A stretch of DNA of 64,000 nt. Origin: Mayamaea pseudoterrestris. Lineage: Eukaryota. The stretch spans positions 62,001 through 126,000 of the forward strand of contig BROI01000010.1 in NCBI GenBank assembly GCA_027923505.1. Direction: 5' to 3'. The position numbers were made by a program, and so were the translations under genes. The notes beneath the pieces are model-generated. The model was not told the DNA's origin. It was given only the letters and a program-made list of their open reading frames with translations, and did no database searches. Below are positions 38,801-49,282 of the stretch, piece by piece; the first letter of the stretch is position 1; each line of letters opens with the position of its first letter.

Positions 38801-39056
38801 GGTAGAACGCGCCTACGCGTCCAAACACACACTACCACGCTTAAGCCAGCAGTACTTCTCGACTCCCCTGGAAGTAAAACAAACAGAACATTCCAAAGAA
38901 CTCCGGGAATGGCTCACATACGTGGGCCGCCTCCTGCGCCATGAAAAACAACACTCTGCAAACCGTCAGAAAAAAGGTCTTCGAGACATCCGCTCCTTTT
39001 TTCAACCGAAATCATCACCCACACCAACTACACGTCCACGAGAAGAAATCACGTAG
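32874..39056 (+). CDS. LINE ORF2 polyprotein: apurinic endonuclease, reverse transcriptase, RNase H, C-terminal CCHC finger; true start uncertain (frame open from 32364)
   Basis: APE motifs YFQNVNGL, GIAETN, MMDAN, KIDYIF, SDHRGLFVD (~33280-34080). RT motifs KLRIIHLFDA, QYGSR, DAQACYD, GIGQG, FVDD, YKTLG (~35270-36180). RNase H motifs SDGG, RSEAFG, CDNSGL, HVKGHQD, NVTADRLA (~37490-37945). CAHC..HILHC (~38330-38380). No stops over 2060 codons. Confidence 0.96.
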   Translation: MPVSPTSPGKNLSRQKCSGSYAQILAAKVPAQDQAKIQVTFPSRMTTASIQQSPHQVPPALHNRIKHNTRQVINQATIQAENQPVSATHAPFQASTSKSNQVHVPLTQQHLSAHHITSINCPFGDSIHETKGASTRVYFQNVNGLGQDQHKWPLVIDAMQSLECDIVGIAETNVTWTKALHAQAKLDLARAVGQSYFVSSSSRMKPLSGTYQPGGTALGILSKWQSRCTRTSRDSHGMGRWSNAFIQGKHSTGINIFTVYRVNDSSNNGIMTAWSQQHMLLTEVKRSSENPRTAVLHDLGNELSKSTNSGHGVIVMMDANEPFLKPNGSPSLLAEWARRHGLIDAHEAMYPGARDTATYNRGSKKIDYIFVSNDLRPHIVKAGMTAFHDVLISDHRGLFVDMALSEYLRGDPAHDEAIPTRLLQSTRPSDVRKYQLTLYKTLQDTNIPARLEELLASDELSPTQWQALETIDDELTNAIIAAEATLKRKTHSFSMALVQANLLWLIWRTQLTAIRTGRDMKQQITSWIERLQHPLRADEVTSATKTTAQTQLRLAQKQLRQVKRNARELRQKYLQERADAAAITGTGTPEQILRAIQHAEACKATFQIIGRTFKAQQRSKLTHILIPKGMSPADYPYDPASVMEWESIYDDDLIQEYLKARNMNHFAQAHGTPFTVNPLHSALGAAADTRSAQQILLGILPEELQQLPREVLDILSECRRKLPSRTWNYTTDDYQNGIKHWRESTATYGHRHLGTYKALFAPDGQPLLDKDEMTLGQHIAGTLLQVMNLAITAGRPLRRWKNALNVILEKIPGKPFLHKLRIIHLFDAEYQLFLKELAWSTNRMAETRGLLGNKQYGSRVGLSSERLLLATSLTHDYINSVRLNAGLANHDAQACYDRMVPRMIALVNQTFGCPPAAVTLHADALENMKYTIKTPAGVSSTSAYSSTSSHALYGIGQGTGDGPTQWALISVILGNILERQGQGLTMTDPARTEIVRRILQMFVDDGDTFTSGTTRDTTVPELLELLRSDAQLWTNLLNASGGRLELSKCFFAIAAWSFDDWGIATPLPATALSGETSINQGGKSTAVPLQDCTKGYKTLGQYQAIVGEPVEESERLQKKVADNIARLYNCGLTRDQTHTVLRQVLMPGLTYGLGTSPLSQKSLQSLQKSAIHAFLPTLGVNRHMPREIVYGPRAFGGLGIPDLPTEAGVASIQLTLQHLRDPTSDEGNMLRICLRQRQLESGIQAPLLEKPTSSVPYLAAGWVPRLRQFLSAHDLTIWIPSEPHGILLRDNDIFLMDRFRSYTDDATLLSRLNACRLFLRIQRLSEITTADGMSFDTNVLSITPQRYPSYLEWPQQALPGANAWKLFRKHLIKAFGKSGMLSSGTALQVPLEHWNVPIEDMDLAWRTAIHPVTRILYRKQENGWTAHAHKHSARQGRRRTRQTQILWVYPTSSNSHTTTLPIGCIPTSVEYLHDDFCIVKPRHHLHPVVNQIRASLDFQSYLQALGENAWDHPLLFYTKVFIPDSELSALLRAETEFLHCSDGGAKDGYGSFGWALAVKKTQTIIAQGQGPAYGDCEHMHSFRSEAFGGTSAAQFMTHALTYFNIALEERVFSWTWLCDNSGLIKRLTSLQNPMTTTALHTRSDADICVALDAATTEIPNRQFQHVKGHQDSKNSQLTFEESLNVTADRLATEFYMTKIAPPYAAGDYKYLQRFETVPPMPYCGAQLINVHNPKAPRYITSQLGRTIRDAALTPDMRAYMIRKYHGWTEQTPEQINWLAYSKAQAAIPWTHYTQIVKLANNWADTGYRHKIFDKQAPDQCAHCGIIEDSFHILHCHMHSTLKISYLRQLHKMFETHRICPHIQSAITNSLRGKLGLDLEPALWHDEPLAAAVKEQEGIGWTRFILGHTSNRWMHLQATHEATLPPLKHPVKAETWIIAMIRLGWWYTREAWHQRNKFIHESTNAEDSLAHTILLAQVERAYASKHTLPRLSQQYFSTPLEVKQTEHSKELREWLTYVGRLLRHEKQHSANRQKKGLRDIRSFFQPKSSPTPTTRPREEIT

Positions 39057-39237
39057 CCCCTATGACAAAAACATCACACACAATCACTCACGTTAGCACA
39101 ATGGTAAGTATCCATGAACGACAATAAATATAATGGCCAGGCGGGCGACTGTGGGTCTATTTGGATAGCTCCAACTACATGTTGGAGAGTCCCTCTGAGA
39201 TAGCAGTATAACAATAAACGTTTCGTTATTATTATTA

Positions 39238-42200
39238 ACAAGACATACCTCCTTGGTGAATTTGTTTTGCGCATCAGCCTCCTGCTTGCCTTTTGCCTTC
39301 AGGTCAGCAGCTTCAGTTAGCAGGTACTATGTGACTGCCTACCCTAGCAGTGGCAAACATCAGATCCCCACAATCTCTTTGTAAACTGGCTTGGGGCATG
39401 ATCCAAGGTCACAAATGGATATTGTATAGTGCATTCACTTTGTGCATTTGCCTCCTGCATGTTGCCTGCTTCCAGATCCGCAGAAGTTGCTGGTATGTAC
39501 TACCCAACTGCCGAACACCAACCTAGCAGTGGCAAACATGAAGTGCCCACACACTCTATGCGTACAGCCACTGTGCATGATCCGAGGGCACAAGACATAC
39601 CTCCTTGGTGAATTTGTTTTGCGCATCAGCCTCCTGCTTGCCTTTTGCCTTCAGGTCAGCAGCTTCAGTTAGCAGGTACTATGTGACTGCCTACCCTAGC
39701 AGTGGCAAACATCAGATCCCCACAATCTCTTTGTAAACTGGCTTGGGGCATGATCCAAGGTCACAAATGGATATTGTATAGTGCATTCACTTTGTGCATT
39801 TGCCTCCTGCATGTTGCCTGCTTCCAGATCCGCAGAAGTTGCTGGTATGTACTACCCAACTGCCGAACACCAACCTAGCAGTGGCAAACATGAAGTGCCC
39901 ACACACTCTATGCGTACAGCCACTGTGCATGATCCGAGGGCACAAGACATACCTCCTTGGTGAATTTGTTTTGCGCATCAGCCTCCTGCTTGCCTTTTGC
40001 CTTCAGGTCAGCAGCTTCAGTTAGCAGGTACTATGTGACTGCCTACCCTAGCAGTGGCAAACATCAGATCCCCACAATCTCTTTGTAAACTGGCTTGGGG
40101 CATGATCCAAGGTCACAAATGGATATTGTATAGTGCATTCACTTTGTGCATTTGCCTCCTGCATGTTGCCTGCTTCCAGATCCGCAGAAGTTGCTGGTAT
40201 GTACTACCCAACTGCCGAACACCAACCTAGCAGTGGCAAACATGAAGTGCCCACACACTCTATGCGTACAGCCACTGTGCATGATCCAAGGGCACAAGAC
40301 ATACCTCCTTGGTGAATTTGTTTTGCGCATCAGCCTCCTGCTTGCCTTTTGCCTTCAGGTCAGCAGCTTCAGTTAGCAGGTACTATGTGACTGCCTACCC
40401 TAGCAGTGGCAAACATCAGATCCCCACAATCTCTTTGTAAACTGGCTTGGGGCATGATCCAAGGTCACAAATGGATATTGTATAGTGCATTCACTTTGTG
40501 CATTTGCCTCCTGCATGTTGCCTGCTTCCAGATCCGCAGAAGTTGCTGGTATGTACTACCCAACTGCCGAACACCAACCTAGCAGTGGCAAACATGAAGT
40601 GCCCACACACTCTATGCGTACAGCCACTGTGCATGATCCGAGGGCACAAGACATACCTCCTTGGTGAATTTGTTTTGCGCATCAGCCTCCTGCTTGCCTT
40701 TTGCCTTCAGGTCAGCAGCTTCAGTTAGCAGGTACTATGTGACTGCCTACCCTAGCAGTGGCAAACATCAGATCCCCACAATCTCTTTGTAAACTGGCTT
40801 GGGGCATGATCCAAGGTCACAAATGGATATTGTATAGTGCATTCACTTTGTGCATTTGCCTCCTGCATGTTGCCTGCTTCCAGATCCGCAGAAGTTGCTG
40901 GTATGTACTACCCAACTGCCGAACACCAACCTAGCAGTGGCAAACATGAAGTGCCCACACACTCTATGCGTACAGCCACTGTGCATGATCCGAAGGCACA
41001 AGACATACCTCCTTGGTGAATTTGTTTTGCGCATCAGCCTCCTGCTTGCCTTTTGCCTTCAGGTCAGCAGCTTCAGTTAGCAGGTACTATGTGACTGCCT
41101 ACCCTAGCAGTGGCAAACATCAGATCCCCACAATCTCTTTGTAAACTGGCTTGGGGCATGATCCAAGGTCACAAATGGATATTGTATAGTGCATTCACTT
41201 TGTGCATTTGCCTCCTGCATGTTGCCTGCTTCCAGATCCGCAGAAGTTGCTGGTATGTACTACCCAACTGCCGAACACCAACCTAGCAGTGGCAAACATG
41301 AAGTGCCCACACACTCTATGCGTACAGCCACTGTGCATGATCCGAGGGCACAAGACATACCTCCTTGGTGAATTTGTTTTGCGCATCAGCCTCCTGCTTG
41401 CCTTTTGCCTTCAGGTCAGCAGCTTCAGTTAGCAGGTACTATGTGACTGCCTACCCTAGCAGTGGCAAACATCAGATCCCCACAATCTCTTTGTAAACTG
41501 GCTTGGGGCATGATCCAAGGTCACAAATGGATATTGTATAGTGCATTCACTTTGTGCATTTGCCTCCTGCATGTTGCCTGCTTCCAGATCCGCAGAAGTT
41601 GCTGGTATGTACTACCCAACTGCCGAACACCAACCTAGCAGTGGCAAACATGAAGTGCCCACACACTCTATGCGTACAGCCACTGTGCATGATCCGAGGG
41701 CACAAGACATACCTCCTTGGTGAATTTGTTTTGCGCATCAGCCTCCTGCTTGCCTTTTGCCTTCAGGTCAGCAGCTTCAGTTAGCAGGTACTATGTGACT
41801 GCCTACCCTAGCAGTGGCAAACATCAGATCCCCACAATCTCTTTGTAAACTGGCTTGGGGCATGATCCAAGGTCACAAATGGATATTGTATAGTGCATTC
41901 ACTTTGTGCATTTGCCTCCTGCATGTTGCCTGCTTCCAGATCCGCAGAAGTTGCTGGTATGTACTACCCAACTGCCGAACACCAACCTAGCAGTGGCAAA
42001 CATGAAGTGCCCACACACTCTATGCGTACAGCCACTGTGCATGATCCGAGGGCACAAGACATACCTCCTTGGTGAATTTGTTTTGCGCATCAGCCTCCTG
42101 CTTGCCTTTTGCCTTCAGGTCAGCAGCTTCAGTTAGCAGGTACTATGTGACTGCCTACCCTAGCAGTGGCAAACATCAGATCCCCACAATCTCTTTGTAA

Positions 42201-45200
42201 ACTGGCTTGGGGCATGATCCAAGGTCACAAATGGATATTGTATAGTGCATTCACTTTGTGCATTTGCCTCCTGCATGTTGCCTGCTTCCAGATCCGCAGA
42301 AGTTGCTGGTATGTACTACCCAACTGCCGAACACCAACCTAGCAGTGGCAAACATGAAGTGCCCACACACTCTATGCGTACAGCCACTGTGCATGATCCG
42401 AGGGCACAAGACATACCTCCTTGGTGAATTTGTTTTGCGCATCAGCCTCCTGCTTGCCTTTTGCCTTCAGGTCAGCAGCTTCAGTTAGCAGGTACTATGT
42501 GACTGCCTACCCTAGCAGTGGCAAACATCAGATCCCCACAATCTCTTTGTAAACTGGCTTGGGGCATGATCCAAGGTCACAAATGGATATTGTATAGTGC
42601 ATTCACTTTGTGCATTTGCCTCCTGCATGTTGCCTGCTTCCAGATCCGCAGAAGTTGCTGGTATGTACTACCCAACTGCCGAACACCAACCTAGCAGTGG
42701 CAAACATGAAGTGCCCACACACTCTATGCGTACAGCCACTGTGCATGATCCGAGGGCACAAGACATACCTCCTTGGTGAATTTGTTTTGCGCATCAGCCT
42801 CCTGCTTGCCTTTTGCCTTCAGGTCAGCAGCTTCAGTTAGCAGGTACTATGTGACTGCCTACCCTAGCAGTGGCAAACATCAGATCCCCACAATCTCTTT
42901 GTAAACTGGCTTGGGGCATGATCCAAGGTCACAAATGGATATTGTATAGTGCATTCACTTTGTGCATTTGCCTCCTGCATGTTGCCTGCTTCCAGATCCG
43001 CAGAAGTTGCTGGTATGTACTACCCAACTGCCGAACACCAACCTAGCAGTGGCAAACATGAAGTGCCCACACACTCTATGCGTACAGCCACTGTGCATGA
43101 TCCGAGGGCACAAGACATACCTCCTTGGTGAATTTGTTTTGCGCATCAGCCTCCTGCTTGCCTTTTGCCTTCAGGTCAGCAGCTTCAGTTAGCAGGTACT
43201 ATGTGACTGCCTACCCTAGCAGTGGCAAACATCAGATCCCCACAATCTCTTTGTAAACTGGCTTGGGGCATGATCCAAGGTCACAAATGGATATTGTATA
43301 GTGCATTCACTTTGTGCATTTGCCTCCTGCATGTTGCCTGCTTCCAGATCCGCAGAAGTTGCTGGTATGTACTACCCAACTGCCGAACACCAACCTAGCA
43401 GTGGCAAACATGAAGTGCCCACACACTCTATGCGTACAGCCACTGTGCATGATCCGAGGGCACAAGACATACCTCCTTGGTGAATTTGTTTTGCGCATCA
43501 GCCTCCTGCTTGCCTTTTGCCTTCAGGTCAGCAGCTTCAGTTAGCAGGTACTATGTGACTGCCTACCCTAGCAGTGGCAAACATCAGATCCCCACAATCT
43601 CTTTGTAAACTGGCTTGGGGCATGATCCAAGGTCACAAATGGATATTGTATAGTGCATTCACTTTGTGCATTTGCCTCCTGCATGTTGCCTGCTTCCAGA
43701 TCCGCAGAAGTTGCTGGTATGTACTACCCAACTGCCGAACACCAACCTAGCAGTGGCAAACATGAAGTGCCCACACACTCTATGCGTACAGCCACTGTGC
43801 ATGATCCAAGGGCACAAGACATACCTCCTTGGTGAATTTGTTTTGCGCATCAGCCTCCTGCTTGCCTTTTGCCTTCAGGTCAGCAGCTTCAGTTAGCAGG
43901 TACTATGTGACTGCCTACCCTAGCAGTGGCAAACATCAGATCCCCACAATCTCTTTGTAAACTGGCTTGGGGCATGATCCAAGGTCACAAATGGATATTG
44001 TATAGTGCATTCACTTTGTGCATTTGCCTCCTGCATGTTGCCTGCTTCCAGATCCGCAGAAGTTGCTGGTATGTACTACCCAACTGCCGAACACCAACCT
44101 AGCAGTGGCAAACATGAAGTGCCCACACACTCTATGCGTACAGCCACTGTGCATGATCCGAGGGCACAAGACATACCTCCTTGGTGAATTTGTTTTGCGC
44201 ATCAGCCTCCTGCTTGCCTTTTGCCTTCAGGTCAGCAGCTTCAGTTAGCAGGTACTATGTGACTGCCTACCCTAGCAGTGGCAAACATCAGATCCCCACA
44301 ATCTCTTTGTAAACTGGCTTGGGGCATGATCCAAGGTCACAAATGGATATTGTATAGTGCATTCACTTTGTGCATTTGCCTCCTGCATGTTGCCTGCTTC
44401 CAGATCCGCAGAAGTTGCTGGTATGTACTACCCAACTGCCGAACACCAACCTAGCAGTGGCAAACATGAAGTGCCCACACACTCTATGCGTACAGCCACT
44501 GTGCATGATCCGAGGGCACAAGACATACCTCCTTGGTGAATTTGTTTTGCGCATCAGCCTCCTGCTTGCCTTTTGCCTTCAGGTCAGCAGCTTCAGTTAG
44601 CAGGTACTATGTGACTGCCTACCCTAGCAGTGGCAAACATCAGATCCCCACAATCTCTTTGTAAACTGGCTTGGGGCATGATCCAAGGTCACAAATGGAT
44701 ATTGTATAGTGCATTCACTTTGTGCATTTGCCTCCTGCATGTTGCCTGCTTCCAGATCCGCAGAAGTTGCTGGTATGTACTACCCAACTGCCGAACACCA
44801 ACCTAGCAGTGGCAAACATGAAGTGCCCACACACTCTATGCGTACAGCCACTGTGCATGATCCGAGGGCACAAGACATACCTCCTTGGTGAATTTGTTTT
44901 GCGCATCAGCCTCCTGCTTGCCTTTTGCCTTCAGGTCAGCAGCTTCAGTTAGCAGGTACTATGTGACTGCCTACCCTAGCAGTGGCAAACATCAGATCCC
45001 CACAATCTCTTTGTAAACTGGCTTGGGGCATGATCCAAGGTCACAAATGGATATTGTATAGTGCATTCACTTTGTGCATTTGCCTCCTGCATGTTGCCTG
45101 CTTCCAGATCCGCAGAAGTTGCTGGTATGTACTACCCAACTGCCGAACACCAACCTAGCAGTGGCAAACATGAAGTGCCCACACACTCTATGCGTACAGC

Positions 45201-46910
45201 CACTGTGCATGATCCGAGGGCACAAGACATACCTCCTTGGTGAATTTGTTTTGCGCATCAGCCTCCTGCTTGCCTTTTGCCTTCAGGTCAGCAGCTTCAG
45301 TTAGCAGGTACTATGTGACTGCCTACCCTAGCAGTGGCAAACATCAGATCCCCACAATCTCTTTGTAAACTGGCTTGGGGCATGATCCAAGGTCACAAAT
45401 GGATATTGTATAGTGCATTCACTTTGTGCATTTGCCTCCTGCATGTTGCCTGCTTCCAGATCCGCAGAAGTTGCTGGTATGTACTACCCAACTGCCGAAC
45501 ACCAACCTAGCAGTGGCAAACATGAAGTGCCCACACACTCTATGCGTACAGCCACTGTGCATGATCCGAGGGCACAAGACATACCTCCTTGGTGAATTTG
45601 TTTTGCGCATCAGCCTCCTGCTTGCCTTTTGCCTTCAGGTCAGCAGCTTCAGTTAGCAGGTACTATGTGACTGCCTACCCTAGCAGTGGCAAACATCAGA
45701 TCCCCACAATCTCTTTGTAAACTGGCTTGGGGCATGATCCAAGGTCACAAATGGATATTGTATAGTGCATTCACTTTGTGCATTTGCCTCCTGCATGTTG
45801 CCTGCTTCCAGATCCGCAGAAGTTGCTGGTATGTACTACCCAACTGCCGAACACCAACCTAGCAGTGGCAAACATGAAGTGCCCACACACTCTATGCGTA
45901 CAGCCACTGTGCATGATCCGAGGGCACAAGACATACCTCCTTGGTGAATTTGTTTTGCGCATCAGCCTCCTGCTTGCCTTTTGCCTTCAGGTCAGCAGCT
46001 TCAGTTAGCAGGTACTATGTGACTGCCTACCCTAGCAGTGGCAAACATCAGATCCCCACAATCTCTTTGTAAACTGGCTTGGGGCATGATCCAAGGTCAC
46101 AAATGGATATTGTATAGTGCATTCACTTTGTGCATTTGCCTCCTGCATGTTGCCTGCTTCCAGATCCGCAGAAGTTGCTGGTATGTACTACCCAACTGCC
46201 GAACACCAACCTAGCAGTGGCAAACATGAAGTGCCCACACACTCTATGCGTACAGCCACTGTGCATGATCCGAGGGCACAAGACATACCTCCTTGGTGAA
46301 TTTGTTTTGCGCATCAGCCTCCTGCTTGCCTTTTGCCTTCAGGTCAGCAGCTTCAGTTAGCAGGTACTATGTGACTGCCTACCCTAGCAGTGGCAAACAT
46401 CAGATCCCCACAATCTCTTTGTAAACTGGCTTGGGGCATGATCCAAGGTCACAAATGGATATTGTATAGTGCATTCACTTTGTGCATTTGCCTCCTGCAT
46501 GTTGCCTGCTTCCAGATCCGCAGAAGTTGCTGGTATGTACTACCCAACTGCCGAACACCAACCTAGCAGTGGCAAACATGAAGTGCCCACACACTCTATG
46601 CGTACAGCCACTGTGCATGATCCGAGGGCACAAGACATACCTCCTTGGTGAATTTGTTTTGCGCATCAGCCTCCTGCTTGCCTTTTGCCTTCAGGTCAGC
46701 AGCTTCAGTTAGCAGGTACTATGTGACTGCCTACCCTAGCAGTGGCAAACATCAGATCCCCACAATCTCTTTGTAAACTGGCTTGGGGCATGATCCAAGG
46801 TCACAAATGGATATTGTATAGTGCATTCACTTTGTGCATTTGCCTCCTGCATGTTCGCCTGCTTCCAGATCCGCAGAAGTTGCTGGTATGTACTACCCAA
46901 CTGCCGAAAC
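39238..46910. repeat. Satellite SatC block 3, about 21.8 nearly identical 352-bp units
   Basis: Exact 352-bp period from 39429 to 46469, with only a few visible variants. Confidence 0.98.
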
Positions 46911-47287
46911 ACGGCTGCAACGATTCCTCACCCTCTGTAGTCGGTTTCCAAGTGAGCGGGATGATAAGTCCTTTACCTTGGTTTATCCTACAGGGGTCTT
47001 ATCCTACAAAACGCTAGTTGATTAAGCAGTTCTCTAGAAAGTGAGTTGATTTACGATCGGTCGAGAAAGAGCGATTGATCAGATGGCTCTTTCAAGACCA
47101 TTCACGATAGTGAATACTAATCTTGTTTAATCGTGCCTGCGGCTGGCACACATGCAATATTTCAATGACGTAGTTGTGAGTAGATGTCTTTTCTGGTACC
47201 GCAACGGAGGTTCGAGTACTATGCTCGTGCGCCCCCGGCGACGTCTAGGTTCGCGTCAAGCGACTGGACTAGATCGTCATTGTGACA
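46911..47287 (-). repeat. Copia-1 3' LTR (last ~24 bp missing; full LTR about 401 bp)
   Basis: Starts TGTCACAAT on the minus strand at 47287; abuts SatC at 46910. Confidence 0.92.
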
Positions 47288-49282
47288 CTCCCCTTGTTGG
47301 TGTTCCAGGACAGGTGTTAGCTCAATGAGCTCCCCTGGAGTCGGCTCCCCTTGAGGCAGTGACGGGTCCATAAGGTCTCCAGGATCCAAGGTTTCGCCAC
47401 GCCAGAACAGTAATGGTTTGAGTAGGGGCCATGCGTCGATGTAGGGTAGGTACTTGGTAAGCACGTCGGAAGCGTTTTCCTTGCCGGCAATCTTGACGAA
47501 CTTGATAATTCCGGCTGCTACACACCATCGGATACGGTGATATGCGAGGGCATTGTGGCGCTTGGTGAGTGTGGATGTAGGCCTTGTACACTGCGTGATG
47601 ACTGATTGGTTATCACCGAGTAGCCATGAAGAGGACTCGATGGGAACACCCATTGCCATGAGTGACGCGCGTATGCCTAGGATATGGTCGGTTGCAACGC
47701 GTCCGCTCATGAGTTCAGAGCCAAAGGTCGCGTGTTCGACGGTATCTTGAAGTTTGGCAAACCACTTGAACGGAGTCTGCTGAATGAAGTGAAGGATTCC
47801 AGTGCATGCTTTGCCGGTGACTTTGCAATGCATCAGGTTGGCATCTTTGAGGGTAGTAAGGCGAACTGTCTTGCCCTTTGGTTTCGGCCAGAGTGAAAGG
47901 TCCTCTTCCTTGGGGTTGTCGTAGATGGTTTGTTGCCAGTCATAGGTTGGTGAGTCGCCGAAGATGATTTCGTTCTGCAGCCACTGGGTGCGAAAGCGGA
48001 TGGCTGCCTTGGGAAACTTGCGAAGGTAGCCGCATACATGCTTGACTCGGTCGAGGTGTCCAATGCGAGGCTGTCCGCGGAAGCGTGACAGGCAGGCGGT
48101 GGCACTGCAGATATCAAATCGGCCAAGGGTGATCGCCCACTGAAGGGCTCCGACAAACGATTGGTAGATCTTGATGTCCGACTCCCCTAAAGGACGGTCT
48201 GGTCGAGTTCAGGGTGGTCGAGATGCGTGAGAGCCTTGGTGGTGGTCCGGTACTTGGAATGTGCTCGGTGTTGTGGAGGCTTGTGGCGTCCGAGAAAGTG
48301 TTCCCTTCCGATCCGCCCCTAGATGGTACTCTGGGCAACCGCCCGGCCCTTGAGCTTGAACTTGTACTTCAGTAGATTCCGTCAATCATGATTGCCATAA
48401 GGTCGTCGACGTAAGTGCAAATGTATTCGTAACAATGGCCAGCATCGTGAATCCAAACGTCTGGATCGGCGTACGAGGCTTTAAGCCTCCGCTCCGAGAT
48501 GGGCGCATCGCGAGCCTGTCGAATCGTGCCCGCTTGTGCGTAGGCCGTAAAGTGCTTTGTAGATGATGAGTGTGTGGCCTTCCAAGTCGCCAAACTCAGG
48601 CCCAGCGATGAAGTAAATCTTTTCTTTGGTTTTGGCATTTATATGGCCACCAATGGAGTGAGTCATTCAACCCCTCTACCTCGCCAGCGCTTCGATTTGG
48701 TAAGTTGAAACGGCGTATGAGTCTCGACAGGATTGTAATGCCACCAGCAACCATCTGAGCCTTGTGACGAAAGTCTTGCTTGCATTGGCCAGTAGGCGAT
48801 CTTTGATAGTTTCTCGGGAGGCGCGCATTCAATCCGAGATCAATGAAGGTGTGATTCGAACGCTTGACAGCTCTACCTTCTTCGCGTCGGTCATTTGTAT
48901 GCCAGGTGCTTCCTTGAGAACTTTCGGCTTACCTTTGACGGCCGAACTTGTGTCGAATGCTGCGTCGTTGCTTGGCTTGGTTTACGGTTCGACGGGCGAT
49001 ACGTGCGCGTCGGGCTGCGTCGCGTAGGAACTTCCAGCCTTTCTTGTTGAGTAGTCCGTTTGCCTCGGCGTAGCGAGCGCAGGAAATGATGTCGTCGCGT
49101 GCTAAAGCGTTCAATGGCTCCCAAGTCGTTGAGTTGTCTTCCCACACGACTTTGATGTTGTACATGGAGCCTTTCCATCCGTCGGATTGCTTTGTGAGTG
49201 GTCCTTCGTGCGATAGGATTGCTTTAAACGTCCAGTTGTGTTCAGGATCGTTTACCTTTGCTGCTTGGTCCTTCTCGAACAA
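47219..49282 (-). pseudogene. pol: Copia-1 pol 3' half: chromodomain-like module, RT and RNase H, broken by frameshifts
   Basis: Fragments KVVWEDNSTTWEPL, IYKALYGLRTSG, YICTYVDDL, QDTVEHATFGSE, LGDNQSV, ENASDVLTK. Confidence 0.88.

Larger units (their letters stand above)
31656..39237 (+). mobile_element. Non-LTR retrotransposon, Ambal-like (APE-RT-RNaseH), 5'-truncated
   Basis: ORF1 tail, long ORF2, ~180-bp 3' UTR with AATAAA (39213-39218) and a (TTA)4 tail (39226-39237); flanked by SatC. Clade assignment is inferred from domain content only. Confidence 0.9.

Noticed and set aside
32874..39056. Prokaryotic RT system (retron, DGR, group II intron) or telomerase acting on the repeat arrays
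   Set aside because: APE, RT, RNase H and CCHC order with a 3' UTR, AATAAA and microsatellite tail identifies a LINE; I saw no satellite or TTAGGG template inside the element.
40133..43900. 10-unit higher-order repeat in SatC block 3 (CCAAGGG variant 3520 bp apart)
   Set aside because: It is a single CpG transition, and the neighbouring variant near 40994 is not repeated 3520 bp later.
1..46910. Hundreds of 60-170 aa ORFs repeated along the satellites
   Set aside because: They are translations of tandem units on both strands and in several frames; 169 and 352 are not multiples of 3, and no domain is recognisable.
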